Source of the DNA: Lytechinus pictus
Lineage: Eukaryota
Direction: 5' to 3'
Length of the DNA stretch: 64,000 bases
Assembly (NCBI RefSeq): GCF_037042905.1
Contig: NC_087245.1
Span: 6,388,001-6,452,000 of the forward strand
This document shows positions 1 through 13,700 of this stretch, piece by piece; positions within the stretch are counted from its first letter, which is position 1; each line of letters opens with the position of its first letter. The position numbers and the translations under genes were made by a program. The notes below the pieces were generated by a model. That model made no database searches, was not told the origin of the DNA, and saw only the letters and a program-made list of their open reading frames with translations.

Positions 1-54
1 ACTCTACAGGATATATGCATAGTTAAATTCCAATCATGTTTTGGTGTTGTGTAG

Positions 55-2717
55 ATAATGGACAGTGCCTGGAAACAACAGCTACAACCAGGTGTACTCA
101 GAAAACTTACTTTGAGAGTGATGATGAGGAGGCCTTTGCACAATGGGTCCAGGAGCAATGTAGTCCACTTCAAGATTACTTCTTTGCAGATTGTCAGGTC
201 AGTAACTCACAAATACTTTCAGGACAAATTTGATATTGATACTAAATAAGGAATGTATTGGCATTGAAAAATAATCCATGGGTCTGTTACATAATTGCAA
301 GTGTATGATTCTCAGCAGTAGTGATGTTGCAGCTACCAATCATTGCCAATTGCAAGATCACATCTGAATCATTTGTACTAAACTAGTAAAACCTATTAAC
401 GAAACATCGATACCTGTTCATGAATCTTATCCTTTTTATTAATGCCTGGATGGGCCTACTTCATCTTTCAATTCTCTAGTCTATATGCATCTTATTAATA
501 TCAAATAATTTTCTTTTATAGTGGTACTGGAAGTGCGCCACTGAATAGGCAACTAGATTGATCGGCGCCTCATAAATGCTATATATTACTGGAAGGGAAA
601 AATACTATCATGATATATGTCCTAAATGAATGATTTATTTCAGTTCACAGGGAAATAAATTTCCTCTTTTTCTTGGACACACTGTAGTGATGAAAGTATT
701 CCATTTGTTTTATCCTTCAAACAGATAGATAATGAGGCATTTGTCATTGCTTGTGAGGAAGAAGTCTGTGAGTGTGCAATGCGTGATGAAAGTTGTAGGT
801 GTGCTTCATTCGCTGCTTTTGCTTTAGAGTGTGCTCGGAATGGAACCGTGGTGCCCTGGAGGTCCCATTTTTCTTGCCGTAAGTAAAATGAAATATTGAC
901 ATGCAAACCTAGTGTGTTTCAATAAAAAAGTTTACACTCTGAAAAGTGTTTTAATTATTTCATTTTCGGACTAACGAACCTTATTTCGTTTTCAGAAAAA
1001 CGAACCTTCGGAATTACGAAATTCAACCTAATTTCGTTTTCGGATTAACGAACCTTCGGAATTAATTGAAATATTTACAACATCGGGATATTTTTCAGGT
1101 ATATACATGGGTCTCAGTCTTTTCTATCAGATATAAGTATGAATATGACCAGGATTTTCCAAGGGGGCACATTTTCTGGGGAAAAATTTGAAAAGCAAAA
1201 GAAAGTTTTTACCCCAAATTAGAATATTTTGTCCCCCAAAAAAGATATTGGCAAGCAAAGGCATAAAAAGCAAAATCACCATTTTTGAACAGGCGAAAAC
1301 AAACACACTGTGCTGTACCTGTTTCATAGTTTTATTGCATTTTTTAAAACATGGAAATCAAATTGATACATTGCAACTTGTTTGAACAACTTTGGTATCA
1401 ACATGAACAGTTTAATCCCAGGTTTCTAGCTTGTTTGTGCCTGCTACAAAATCTGAGGACATAAAATCAATGTAAACAAGAGTTCATTTCAGACATCTTC
1501 AGCATTTTTGTTGATTATTTTGATCCTTTACATTTCATACATCATTTTAAGTTATTTTTCGGTCTATTCCTACCCAAGCATGACTTAAAGGGGAAAAAAT
1601 TAAACCTATTTCATGCCGGCTATCCATAAAGCAGATATATCATGGAGGACGGGGGGATAGGCTTGTGGGAATGTATTGGACAACACAAAAATATAATCAA
1701 ATCAATCTTGTTAGATAAAATACACATACTTGGTATTACTTAACCGTTCCATTATCCATTTTATTACTTTTTACGTAAGTTATTTTTCTCAAGCATTTTT
1801 AAAGTATGGCATTCTCATTAAAGCAGAAAATTTGTTGGTAGCCATTATTGTCATTCTACTGAAGAGACTTGCACCAATATAAAGATGTTGAGAAAGTTTC
1901 ATGATATTACAAACATTTCATTTTATAGGATTTTTTTTCGATGTGTAAATTTTTTATACATACTGTAGTGATACTGATCCAGTAGATTCCTCTATCTCTC
2001 CAAAATAAAATCAAATTAACAATGCTAGCATTTCCAAGGTTCAAAGTTCCTTTACCATCATGAACTTTGTCATTGCAGCTTTTGAGTGTCCTGTCAATTC
2101 TACTAAAGTATACAATCAGTGTGGGTCTACCTGTGATGAAACACGTTGTAACTCAGTCCAGGTAGGATGTGAAACTGAGGATACAATTGGATGCCTTGAA
2201 GGATGCTACTGTCCACCAATGACCTATAAAACAATGTCCGGTGGGTGTGTCACTGTTGATGAATGTCCTTGCTCGTGGCAAGGTAACGAGTATCAACCTT
2301 CGGAACGTAACTCTGATGGGTGTAATGAATGGTATGTAATTCTTTAACATCTCATTCAGACTTCGGATGGTATTTTAAGAAAGAGTGGTATGTACAAAAC
2401 ATCAAACATTGCATGAAACTTAGTTTGCTCCTGGATTGGTCGTGTAAAAGACCCTTTAAACAAAGTCGTTTTCTGACAGTCCTGTGCTGATGTAAATAAT
2501 TTACTTCATGTGATGTTAATCAAGATCCTAGAATTTCAACATTACTTGATCATGAACTTTTCCTAAAGTACATTCAATACATTTCTTTCAGCATTGAAGC
2601 ATTAAATTATCCTAAGAACTTAACTATGAATTGATGATAACATTAATGGTCCATTTACTTTTGATTTCAGTACTTGCATGCAAGGAAAGTGGCAGTGTAC
2701 GCAGAACGACTGCGGAG
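55..2717 (+). CDS. Mucin exons 1-4: C8, TIL and E modules of the first visible D assembly
   Basis: [51 protein letters not shown] (C8, 725-878); [18 protein letters not shown]...CLEGCYCP (TIL, 2079-2331); [15 protein letters not shown] (2671-2717). Confidence 0.9.
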
Positions 2718-5700
2718 GTAAGAGATTATCTGTTCCTTGTACCTGATTTTGCACATATTCTTGCTAACTTTTATGATGTTCCTGACCTTAAGACATTATT
2801 TAGAGATATTTCACGATTATGTATTGTAAATTTCCTAAAGGAGATCAATCTTTTTATTAGATTTTAGGTGGGAAAGTGTTCGAATCCCAATCACAACAGG
2901 TATACCCTTGGGCAAGGTATTTTATTCCAATTGTCTAGTCTTTCGGAGGAGACTCTAAGCCGTCGGTCCCGTGTAAAGGAGAGTCACACCATTTGCACGT
3001 TAAAAAACCTACTCCTCTTTTCGTAAAGAGTAGGGAAGTTATCCCGGGGAAGTAGTTAACGTATTAATTTATTACTGATAATTACTAATTTATAATCCTG
3101 TTCCTTTGTAAAGTTGCATTAGGGTAATTTGTATTGTATTATAGTAACCTTTCCAGATTAACTGTCCGACACTTATATGACACGCATGTGTTGATAGTGT
3201 CGATAATTGTTATCAATCAATCAATCATGTACCTTGTAGTGGTTTACCTCGAAGTCCTCTGCAATTTGAAAGCTCCATATAATCAAATATTTAAACAAAT
3301 AAAATCAAGGTTATACATGTAGACTGATTATGAGAATAATGTTTAGCCATTCAATCATAGTTTTCCATAGAATTATCATTATCATCAATTTGAATTAGTA
3401 CTATTATTCAAATCAAATCATATATTTCCACAATAACATAAAAACATTACAAATATGTACAAAATAGGAAACAAAAATAATTGAAAAGGAAAGTGAAACT
3501 GAGTTGTTCAAAAATAATACAAATAAATGTACATTACTGTGAGGGAGCCAAAGAAGACAAAATAAGTCTTAAAATCAGGCACCCAACACAAAATAAACAG
3601 ATAACTGCTATCAAAATAGACATTTCTTAACAATATATAGCATGTGAATATGGCTCTCATTCATAACTTTCAAAATAATAGTTAAGAAAAATCAACACAT
3701 TCATTAAAAAAATAAAATAGCATTACGTATGGGGAAAAGAATTTAGAATGATAACTTAAGTAATGACGTAAACATTACACACAAAAAAAGAAAGAAAAAA
3801 AAAGATAAGTTTGATTTGTAAGCTATACTGTACTTTGTTAAATTTTAATACAGACATCTTCGATATGATATTTCCATGACATGAGTTCATCAATATGGAT
3901 ACCTAGAAATTTTGAATGATTTGTATGTAATAATTGAGTTCCATTCATGTGTAATTTAATATCCTTAATATCATAATTAATGTTACTAAATACCATAAAA
4001 TTTGTTTTAGACATATTTATAACTAATTTATTACATTTTAACCAATTGCTTAAATTTTGCAGTTCATTGTTTAAAGTATAGGTTATAAAGGAAATATAGG
4101 TTATTATCATCATAACCATTTTTTTTCACATTCACTCAATTCAATTCAGTGTTATTTTTGTCCATTGGGATTTTTTTTTACATGACATAAAATACCTACA
4201 TTACAGGATTAAATTATTCAAATACACCTGAATGAAAGGCAAATATTTAAAAAAACAATAATTTACTGAACGGAATGCATATAATCACTCTTTAAGTACA
4301 ACTATTTTCTTTTATCATTATTGTGGTAGTGATGGCATAGTAGTAGTCATAATTGCAGGAGTAGTACTGTAACATTATCATTTCCAGTTCCCACATTGTG
4401 ATTAACATCAAGATTATATCAATATCAATATTTTACAGCTACTTGTATTGTTAGTGGACAGGGCCATTACAAGACATTTGACAACCATCACTATGATTTT
4501 GCTGGAAGTGGAACATGCTCTTATGTTCTGCTAAAGGACTGTTGGAACAAGGGCAACAATTACTCGGTTAGTGTGGAAAACGCTGAATGTGGAATGGAGG
4601 CCGTATCATGTGTCAAGGCAGTAGTAATAGATGATCATAATGAAGAAGTATCTCTGAAGATTGAACTGAGAAGAGGTCATAAGGTTTTCATTGATAAGAT
4701 GGAAGAGAAGCAGTATCCCATAATGGCCAGAAACTACTATTTGAACCAACCAACTAGCTCTCAAACAGCGGTAAGCTATTCTGCTTATATATTCATAGAA
4801 AATTCAAACCAACAAACAATCTATATGGCCTAGTTTTGATTCAGAACTTTACTCTTCCAGAGACATATTCTTTGATAACATCTTGAAAGAAGAAAAATGA
4901 GCTTTTGATCCTGCTAGCGAAAACAAAAAGAGAGGTGATAAAGATGGAAGTGACAATGCAATTGGTGGTGCTGTGAAGAAAGCTGTTTTTATGATGATAT
5001 GCTTACTTGTTGTAAATCACCTTATTTAATTGGCATGGCAATTTGAAAGTGTCCTATACTTTTTAAGCCTTTAGCCTCTCCATTTGTCTATTACCTTGCA
5101 TTTGATTGCCCTCCTTAGAAACCCTTGTGTGGTAGACCATATAGATGTAGACTGGAGCTACTTATTTCTGGTGGAGCTTGGTGTTTACAATGATGGACTG
5201 AGAACTCAAAAGTTATAGTGTTGCAATTGAGTTGCCATTGGTATCCAATCTGATTCAGACATTTTATGTAGTGCCTTTTCCTTTCAGTTACAAAGCACTG
5301 CACACACACTTCTGATTTATCTGTAGAGGGTCTATGAAAGCTGTTTCTAAGTTTAAAAGTAATACAATGGAACACTAATATTGGCAACTGGACTTTGCAA
5401 ACATCACACAGTGGCTTCTGTTTTTAAACAACACATTTATCACATAGTGGGACATTTTGCTTCATGCTTTTTTCATTGTTTCTTTTAATAGATCCAAAGC
5501 AGCTAAAGATATCTATTGAATGAGCGTACCTGTCTTACTGGCTGTTCTTTACTGCATTTTTTTTGTTCCTTCTCTGTCTGTATCAGTATTGTTGTATATG
5601 TTATATAATTATTATCTCTATTATTAGTCCGGTTTATAGAAGATAAACATCTTTAAATTTCAATGCAGTATTCTTTTTTTCCTATAGGTTTCAACTCATG

Positions 5701-8700
5701 AGTCGACTTTTTTAATAGACATAGACCATGATATGAGCATCCTCTTGAAATCCAGATTAAAGGAGAGCTGAGCAACATGACTAGTGGCTCAAGACTTGCT
5801 AGGAAAATTGTTATATAAATTATGCATTTGATACTATAAAAAGTCCTTTTGAAATTGGACTTTAGTTAACCCCTTTTGTTATATGTGAGTTTTCTTTGTC
5901 TTAACTATACACAGGGCAAAAATCTATATGAATAGATGTATGGCAAGGTCTTTCCTTCACCTCTTGTAATATTATGGCCCAATGATAAGATTGGATGAAT
6001 TTCACGTACATGATACATAGATCCTTGGGCCTCCTATAGGAGCAGATTCTACCATCCTATATACTTGCACTATTTGTCTTTGTTTCAAACAGGTCATTAT
6101 GCCCAATGGTATAACTATACTGTTTGATGGTTATGACCAAGTGACATTAATGGCTGATGAAAGGCACCTGAATACTACATGCGGTCTCTGTGGTACATAC
6201 AATAACAACCATCGTGATGACTTCTACACTGATGCTGGTGCGTATATGAATCTCAATTTAGTTGATATTTAAAACGTGTGAGTGGGTTGCGAGGGTTTGG
6301 ATGTGAACGTGTTTGGGGGTGGTGTGAGAGTGTTTGTGTCTGTACAATGGGGTGTTTTTTATATGTTTGGATGCCAATATATGTGGGGTGTGTGTGTGTG
6401 TGTGTGTGTGTGAGAGGGGAGTGTTTTAGTGCAGGGGGGGGGAGGGAGGGCTGTAGTTTGTGCAATGTGGGTGAGTTCGTACGTGTAGACGAATGCATTG
6501 TTTTTTAAATCATGACATGTTATATATGAGATTTTCATTTAATTTAGGCATAAGCTTTACTGCCTCTCCAAGTATTTATGTTTGCTGTATAAGACGTTTA
6601 TGTCTATTAAAGTTAATGTAGTTACAATGGAGGCATTTCCTTCACCTGAAACTAGATGACATCAGTCTGTAGAGGCTGGATAGAGGTATCATATTGCATA
6701 GTCTGTGACTATACTTGGATGTTCATGTTCTTTAATGTGTGTCTTTTGTTAGGTGATGTTGAAACTAATCCTACCTCGTTTGGTAACAAATGGAAGGCAT
6801 TATCCTGTCCTGATGCTAAAGACGACACCATACCTGATCCATGTGATCTCTACTCACAGAAAGAATTCTTTGCTTCTAAAGAATGTGGTCGACTCCTCTA
6901 CGATAATTCATTTGCATGTACGTAGTTTCTTTACCTGTATTTAGTTTTTATTATCAGTATTGTTCTTATTGCTATTAAAGAATGATTTATGAGGGTCAGG
7001 AAATAGTTTCAAAATAATTTAACCCATGAACTTTGAAATGATGTGAGCCTGTTTTGTGTAGGGCATTTTTTCTTTTACTTCGCTAGATAGATTAACTATA
7101 AATGGAACTGTTTATTTTTCTGGTTGTTGATAACTTTCATATGAAGTCATATTTTTTTAGAGAGATATATACATTGTAACACTCCTATCAGAGGAACCAC
7201 TGATCCCTTTCACTAAAAATATCTTGAATTTTTTTTTTGAAGGTACATTAACTCTCTTTAATTGTGAATATACTTTAATTTTGTATAACATCTTCATATG
7301 GTTTTGCTATGAGCAATTTACATTTAGATCAGCTGATAGATAACCCACCATTGTGCAATGTTACTCCTAAGATGTTTATACATACTTCTGGAAAAAGAAG
7401 AAGAAAAAACATAGAAGGGGAAGAAGAGAAGAACAACAAGAAGAAAATAGAAAGTAACTAGTAGGGTGACTTTTTTTTTAAATTCAAGTTTTAGAATTTC
7501 CTTTTAAAAATCTAATCCTAAGTCCAAAGCTAAATCTCTGCCTCAACCCATTCAGATAATTTCTCATATCTGGTACAGATTGTCGTCAATTTGTGGACCC
7601 TTGGGAGTACTATGATAAATGCCGTCATGATGTTTGTAACTGTTTGAGCTCCGACAATTGTGAGTGTTCTGTATTTTCCATGTATGCTGCTGAATGTGCA
7701 CACAGAGGTGTAGTAATCGATTGGCGGACTTTTACTCCAAGTTGTGGTGAGCTTTTAACTTTGATTATTTTAAGCTTTATTGTCCACATGTTTGTGGTGT
7801 TTGAGATATCATTGAATGGATCACCTTGCTGTGAATATGCAATTCAGAATTTGACGTAGGCCATTCCATCTCCACTCCTCAAAAATATCAAGTACACATT
7901 TGATTTTGTTTGACATCTTAGGCGCTTCACATAACAAGGTGACTTGTTTGAATGCCCCTAGATGTTAATCGCCAATGGAACCGATGCTAGTTGTTGTGGG
8001 TTGTAATAATTCTTTGAAATGCTTTGAGAAGACGTTGACGATGTCAGAGCTGTACAATTATGTTGTTAATTGTTTTAAATAATATACTCAATAGAGCACA
8101 AAGCTGGTTCTCATCATCCAGGTACTAAATTCAACCTGTATATGATTTCAAATTTCACAAAACGATCAGTGAATTGTCTGGTATAAGATCATTGCACGAG
8201 GTTGCATGGTTTTAGCTTAATGCCTCCTCCTCAGAGGTGTAATTTTTAATTCCCATATTTATGATGTACTGGTCTGTATCATTTTGTTGATTATCCTACT
8301 GTAAGTATTAATAAGTGTACTCCAACCCTGGTTCATTAATTTCTGCAGAGATGAAGTGTAAGGCTGGAATGATATACGAACCATGCCATCCAATGTGCCA
8401 GACATCATGCAGGGCGATTTCATTTGATGACACTGTCTGCAGTGATACCTGTATTGATGGATGTGCCTGTCCTGATGGTTATGTCATTGATGAACGTGGG
8501 GAATGTGTACTAAATGATCATTGTGGTTGTCTTGATCATGACACAAGAGTGTTTCACACTCACCAAGCACAGTTTGACAAAGGATGTGGTAGCTGGTAAG
8601 TAGATTGTTGATACCCCAGGGGTCTGTAATACAAAGATTTTTATCAATTGCAAGTGTCGTTTCAAAATGTAGGTAGTCATTTTTTTCCAACCTAGGAAAC

Positions 8701-10724
8701 TGAATTAATTTTACCATACATTAAGAACACACAATGTGGCTATTCAGAAAGAAAATAATTTAGTTCAATAGCGATTTCAGTTCCAATTAGAATTGATAAA
8801 ATAATGATGCAATGGTGTTATCTGAGATTATACTATTAAATTTGTGTTTGATTGGTTTAATAATGTAAGATGCAGGGGTATTAAAAGCAACACATACTTT
8901 TAAGGAATCTATCTAAACTATAGTGAATGCTTTCCTATTTGAAGGGAATAATGACAGTAACCGCTCCCCCCCAAAGTTTTTTCATGATTTTAGCCTAGGA
9001 GGGAAGATGTACTTTAATCATTTTAGATCAGCTTGTCCGATCATATCCACCAGCCCTACAAAGTTACAAACTTAACAATGTAAAAACTACTCCCTGTGTT
9101 GTCCAAATGTGTTTAGGGTTTTTTATGGAGTATTATGTGATTCTGTAATGGTAAACCCCAATACATGTACATTCTATATTTTTTTCAACATTAATGTAGG
9201 TCTATGATTTGCATTTAAAAAGATATATGGTCGTAGGATTGTAGTTGTAATTAACATTCAACTTTGGATCACTAAAATCATTACACCATAGTAAGTTAGT
9301 GGTGTCTTCATCTCAGTATGTGACAACTCATTTAAAAAAGAAAAGTCACCTGATGGTTTTTACTTAGCTGTATGCAGAACAAGTAGAGATATGATGAGAT
9401 TTTTTAAGGGGCATATGGGGAAAAATGAAAGTATGTAAGCGCATAAAAATTGTATAATTGATTATTGTAGGCAAATAAATGTGTAATAAGATTACTGCTA
9501 TTATCATCATGATTATTACATGTATTAGTAGCACATGTCATAACTTTGTGCTTCAAAGTAAATTTGGAAAGATAAACATGCAAATAAATCATGTACATAG
9601 TCCTTCATTAGATCAATATATTTTCCATCCTTGTTTATTATGTATGATTTATTTTATGTATTATATTCATGCATTTATTCAATATCTATTGTATACAGCA
9701 AATGTCTATCTGGAGAGCTCAACTGTACAGATGTTGACTGCCCAAGCGATATGTGCTCCTTCAATCAAGAGTATGACCCTTGCCCTCGTCCATGTGAGAA
9801 AACATGCCAAAACATGCACAATTTTGATGATTGTCAGATCACCTCATGCCAAGGAAGGTGTGTGTGCACTCAAGACACAGTATGGAATGGAACTAACTGC
9901 ATTGAGCCATCTACCTGTCCTTGTCACCATGGTGGTCAAAGTTATCCTGAAAACCACATCATTAACACATATGATTGCCGCAAATGGTACGTTATTTAAC
10001 GGTCGTAGTAAACCGGGGAACACTTGTCAGATTATGACAAACATTGATAGAGAACCACTTTTAAAGTACATGTATAACTCACCATTTGTAAACATTGAAT
10101 TCCTCTTAATAACTGAAAAGCTGACATTGCACTGAACGTGCATACGTTGCATATCATTAAAACTATTTCTAAATCTACTTTCCTGAGAGACTTCAATACT
10201 TCAGAATCTCCCATAAATGTTTTGTAGATAATGACCGTGATGCTTGGGGTTATCATATAATCCGGTAGTGCTATTTGTTTTTTATGTTGAACCACTTCTG
10301 GTCATAGTGCTTTTTCTTCTTATTGCAATACTTCTATCATATGTACATGTACATTCACACCCTTACACAAACATATATATATATATATATATATATGTAC
10401 ACGTAAAAGAATTCAGCCACAGGCCATTAGGCCTATAGACATACAATTGAAAGCTACGTCTAGTGTCCATGCCTGAATTCTTTTACGTCTACATAGACAC
10501 GATGTGCAAAGGGCCCTCTTCCTTATGTATGTATGTATGTATATAAAATATTATCAACATACATATTTGAGTATTGATTTTATAGAATTTTATGCTATAT
10601 TTTAAATTGGTTTACCCTTTTGTCTTGGTCTAACAGCATTTGTGTCAATAACAAATGGGAGTGTGAAGAATTTTCTTGCTATGGTAAGTTAAGTGTGTGG
10701 GTGCATGTGTTTATATATATATAT

Positions 10725-10767
<43 letters not shown>

Positions 10768-13700
10768 ACAAAAAAAGTAAGTCCCCCCTTAAACAAACAT
10801 CAATAATTTCCGAACCAATGCGAGTTTTTAATATATTTTTACATGAGCGTGTAGGTAATTTTATAAGCTACCCTCTGAGTAAACGTTATGGACGTATTTC
10901 ACTTCATGCTTCAGTGAGCACCGTCAGAAGGCAAAAATGTCACTTTTCAAAAGTCACAAGCCAAATATCATGACTTTGATTCTATTTTATTGGAACTAAT
11001 TCCACATTCTCATGATAAAAAATAGTCAGAAGGCTTTTAAAAGGTACTCTCTAAAAGACGATACAACTTTTTTTGCTTAATTTCACGGTTGAATAAACAC
11101 AAGTCCAAATTTGCTATAATTGGATTTTTTACACATTTATATCAATAAAAATGATAGAATATGATGACAGTTATTTTTGGAAGAGTTTCTTCAACAATAT
11201 TCATCGTTTCACGGTTCAATGAACATTTATTGAAAACAAAAAATACGATTTTCAAATATCATAGGCAAGTATTGGTTCATTTTGGGAACTGAAAATGATA
11301 TTTTCTTAACTTTTTCGTTATGTTCATGACCAATTAACATGCTTCAATGATTCAAAGGCGTTTAATCAAATATCCACGCTTGAATGAACATGTGGAATGC
11401 GATTAGCTCTTTTTTATGTTATTGGAAAAAATGCAATTTGTTACTATGGATATCTGTCACAAACTTCCTTGCATAGTTCATTTGATTTGATTTTTATGAA
11501 AATCCCGATGTTTAATGCATCAGTGAGCACACAATATTCGAAAATTATGCAAATGAGAAGAAAGTTCAAGGCCTTGGCCGCACTCTGTGTCGTATCGAAT
11601 GGTTATTTTGGTGTGCGCGCCTTTTGGATAGTGTTACTCTGAAGCCATGTACGAAATTTCATGAAATAACTATTGGCAGAAGTAACAAAAACCGTCCATG
11701 AAACAAACCCTCATTTCATATTTGTTAAAATGTTGACTTCGTCTCTCATAGACTTGTGTACATTATGGGTGCACATGTTTAAGAATAAGTAACCCCTTAT
11801 TCAATATGGTGGAACTTTTTTTCACGGCTGTCTTTAGCAATGACATTTGACAGTAATGTTTATCAACCTATGGGCAGAATTCTGTGCAAAAATGAAATCG
11901 ATTTGTTTATTCATGGATGAGTGAGCACGCATCAAAGTGGGAAAATTTGTATTTTCAATGTCACAGACTCATTTTAAAGGGTAATAAAGTGAATATTGGG
12001 GGCAAATTCGGTTTCCAATAAGATTTTAATTCTATTGTTTTTATCATCCATCATTTCTATCACCACACACTTTCCGAACTTTAATCATTTTCATGGTTGA
12101 GCGAGCACATTCGAAAACTTAGGAATGAATACTCTTTATACTGCATAAATGTATTCTTTTCCTAACAATTTCTCATGATCAGTTTAATTCATGGACAAAT
12201 CAGTGGTGGGTCCAGAATTTTAAAATGGGGAGCCACCAACATTTTCAAATTTTAACATGATCTAACAAGTTGTAGAGGATACTACCATAAACCCCTATGA
12301 TGATACGTCACAATACAGGGGCCGGGGAAGGATTTTCAAAGTGGGGGGGGGGGGGCTGACCATGCAAAAAATCACAATCGTATGGTCATTTTTACATTTT
12401 TGTACATGCTTTTGGAAAAAGGTGGGGGGGACTGAAGCTCCCCGCCCAGCCCCCCCCCCCCCCCCCGCCCCCGCAATACATTGTGCTCACTCAACCATGA
12501 AGATATGATATCAAAATTGTGTGTGGAGCGGCTAAATGATGGATAGTAAAACAGCATAACACCATAAAATTCACCTAAAGACAACATTTGCCCAACTTTG
12601 TATTTGCACAATCTGAAAAACGACTCTTGTGACTTTCAAAAATGGTCATTTTTAATTCAATCTTTAATTACTCATGCATGACTCAACCGATCAATCTTAT
12701 TTTTCCCCAGGAGTTGCTTAATGAGTGTAGAAAACCACCTACGGAATATCATATCTCAAAATAATTCCGTTCAAAAGTTACAGCAATTTGATTTAGGGGG
12801 GACTTACTTTTTTTGTTGTGTATATGTATATATTATTGAATAAATGAGGTGAGATTGAGAGGCACTTACTGAATTAATGCCCCTCCAAGGTGTCTAATAT
12901 CCCTCGGTAGTACATGGTGTCCAGCACGGTCTGGAGGTCCTGACTGTTGCTGCTGAACACGTACTTGACTAGACCTTAACTCTCCAGACACAGAACTCTC
13001 ACTGATTAACCTTGACACTGACTGACTCATAATTGGTCATCGGGGTACATATTTGGGGGTATTGCGGGCGCGCCGTGCGTAATGTTCACTCATGCACGGA
13101 GGTGAGTGCAGGGCTATTAATTGTCTATGTGGCCGGTTAAGCCCAGGCGACATTGTTTAACGACCCTTTATGCAACAATATATATATATATATACTTAAT
13201 ATGGGATTGGTTTGAGGTTTCCAAGAGCGCTCATTGTAATTCTACAACAGTCACATGTATTACATAATTAAATGATTGTGCAGGGAAATATGATATGAAA
13301 CTTCCGTTTTATATGATATAGCTAAACTTATTACTCAGAACTATTGCCAATAAATCTTGTCATATATGACTGAAATGAAATTGTTATTATATTTGATATA
13401 GAATATTTTTATATCAAAGTGTGTGAAAGTCTACAGGCTTGAGCTACTATATACTGTTATGTCACCTAAATCATGTTACTTTCGCAAGATTCAGAGAATA
13501 CCTTTATTCATGTTCAAGAGAAATGATGAAATACTTAATGTCAGCCTCTGTATGACATGTTTCTTTCATAACATCTGACCACGTTAAGCCACTCTTACTA
13601 TTCTTTTCTAAATATTCTTTCTAGGTGTCTGTACTTCATGGGGAGATCCTCACCTTTTAACGTTTGATGGGAAACACTACGACTTCGAGGGGGATTGTGA

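Noticed and set aside
6253..6508. ORFs on both strands over GT/CA-rich sequence
   Set aside because: Microsatellite-derived low-complexity translations within a mucin intron.
9479..10135. 218-aa + strand ORF
   Set aside because: Off-frame overlap of mucin exon 9699-9986 extended into intron; the Cys-rich TIL frame is the one in phase.
12830..13185. GC-richer island between (TA)n tracts with ~17-bp imperfect inverted ends; possible solo LTR or MITE
   Set aside because: No clear TSD or diagnostic termini; too weak to classify.
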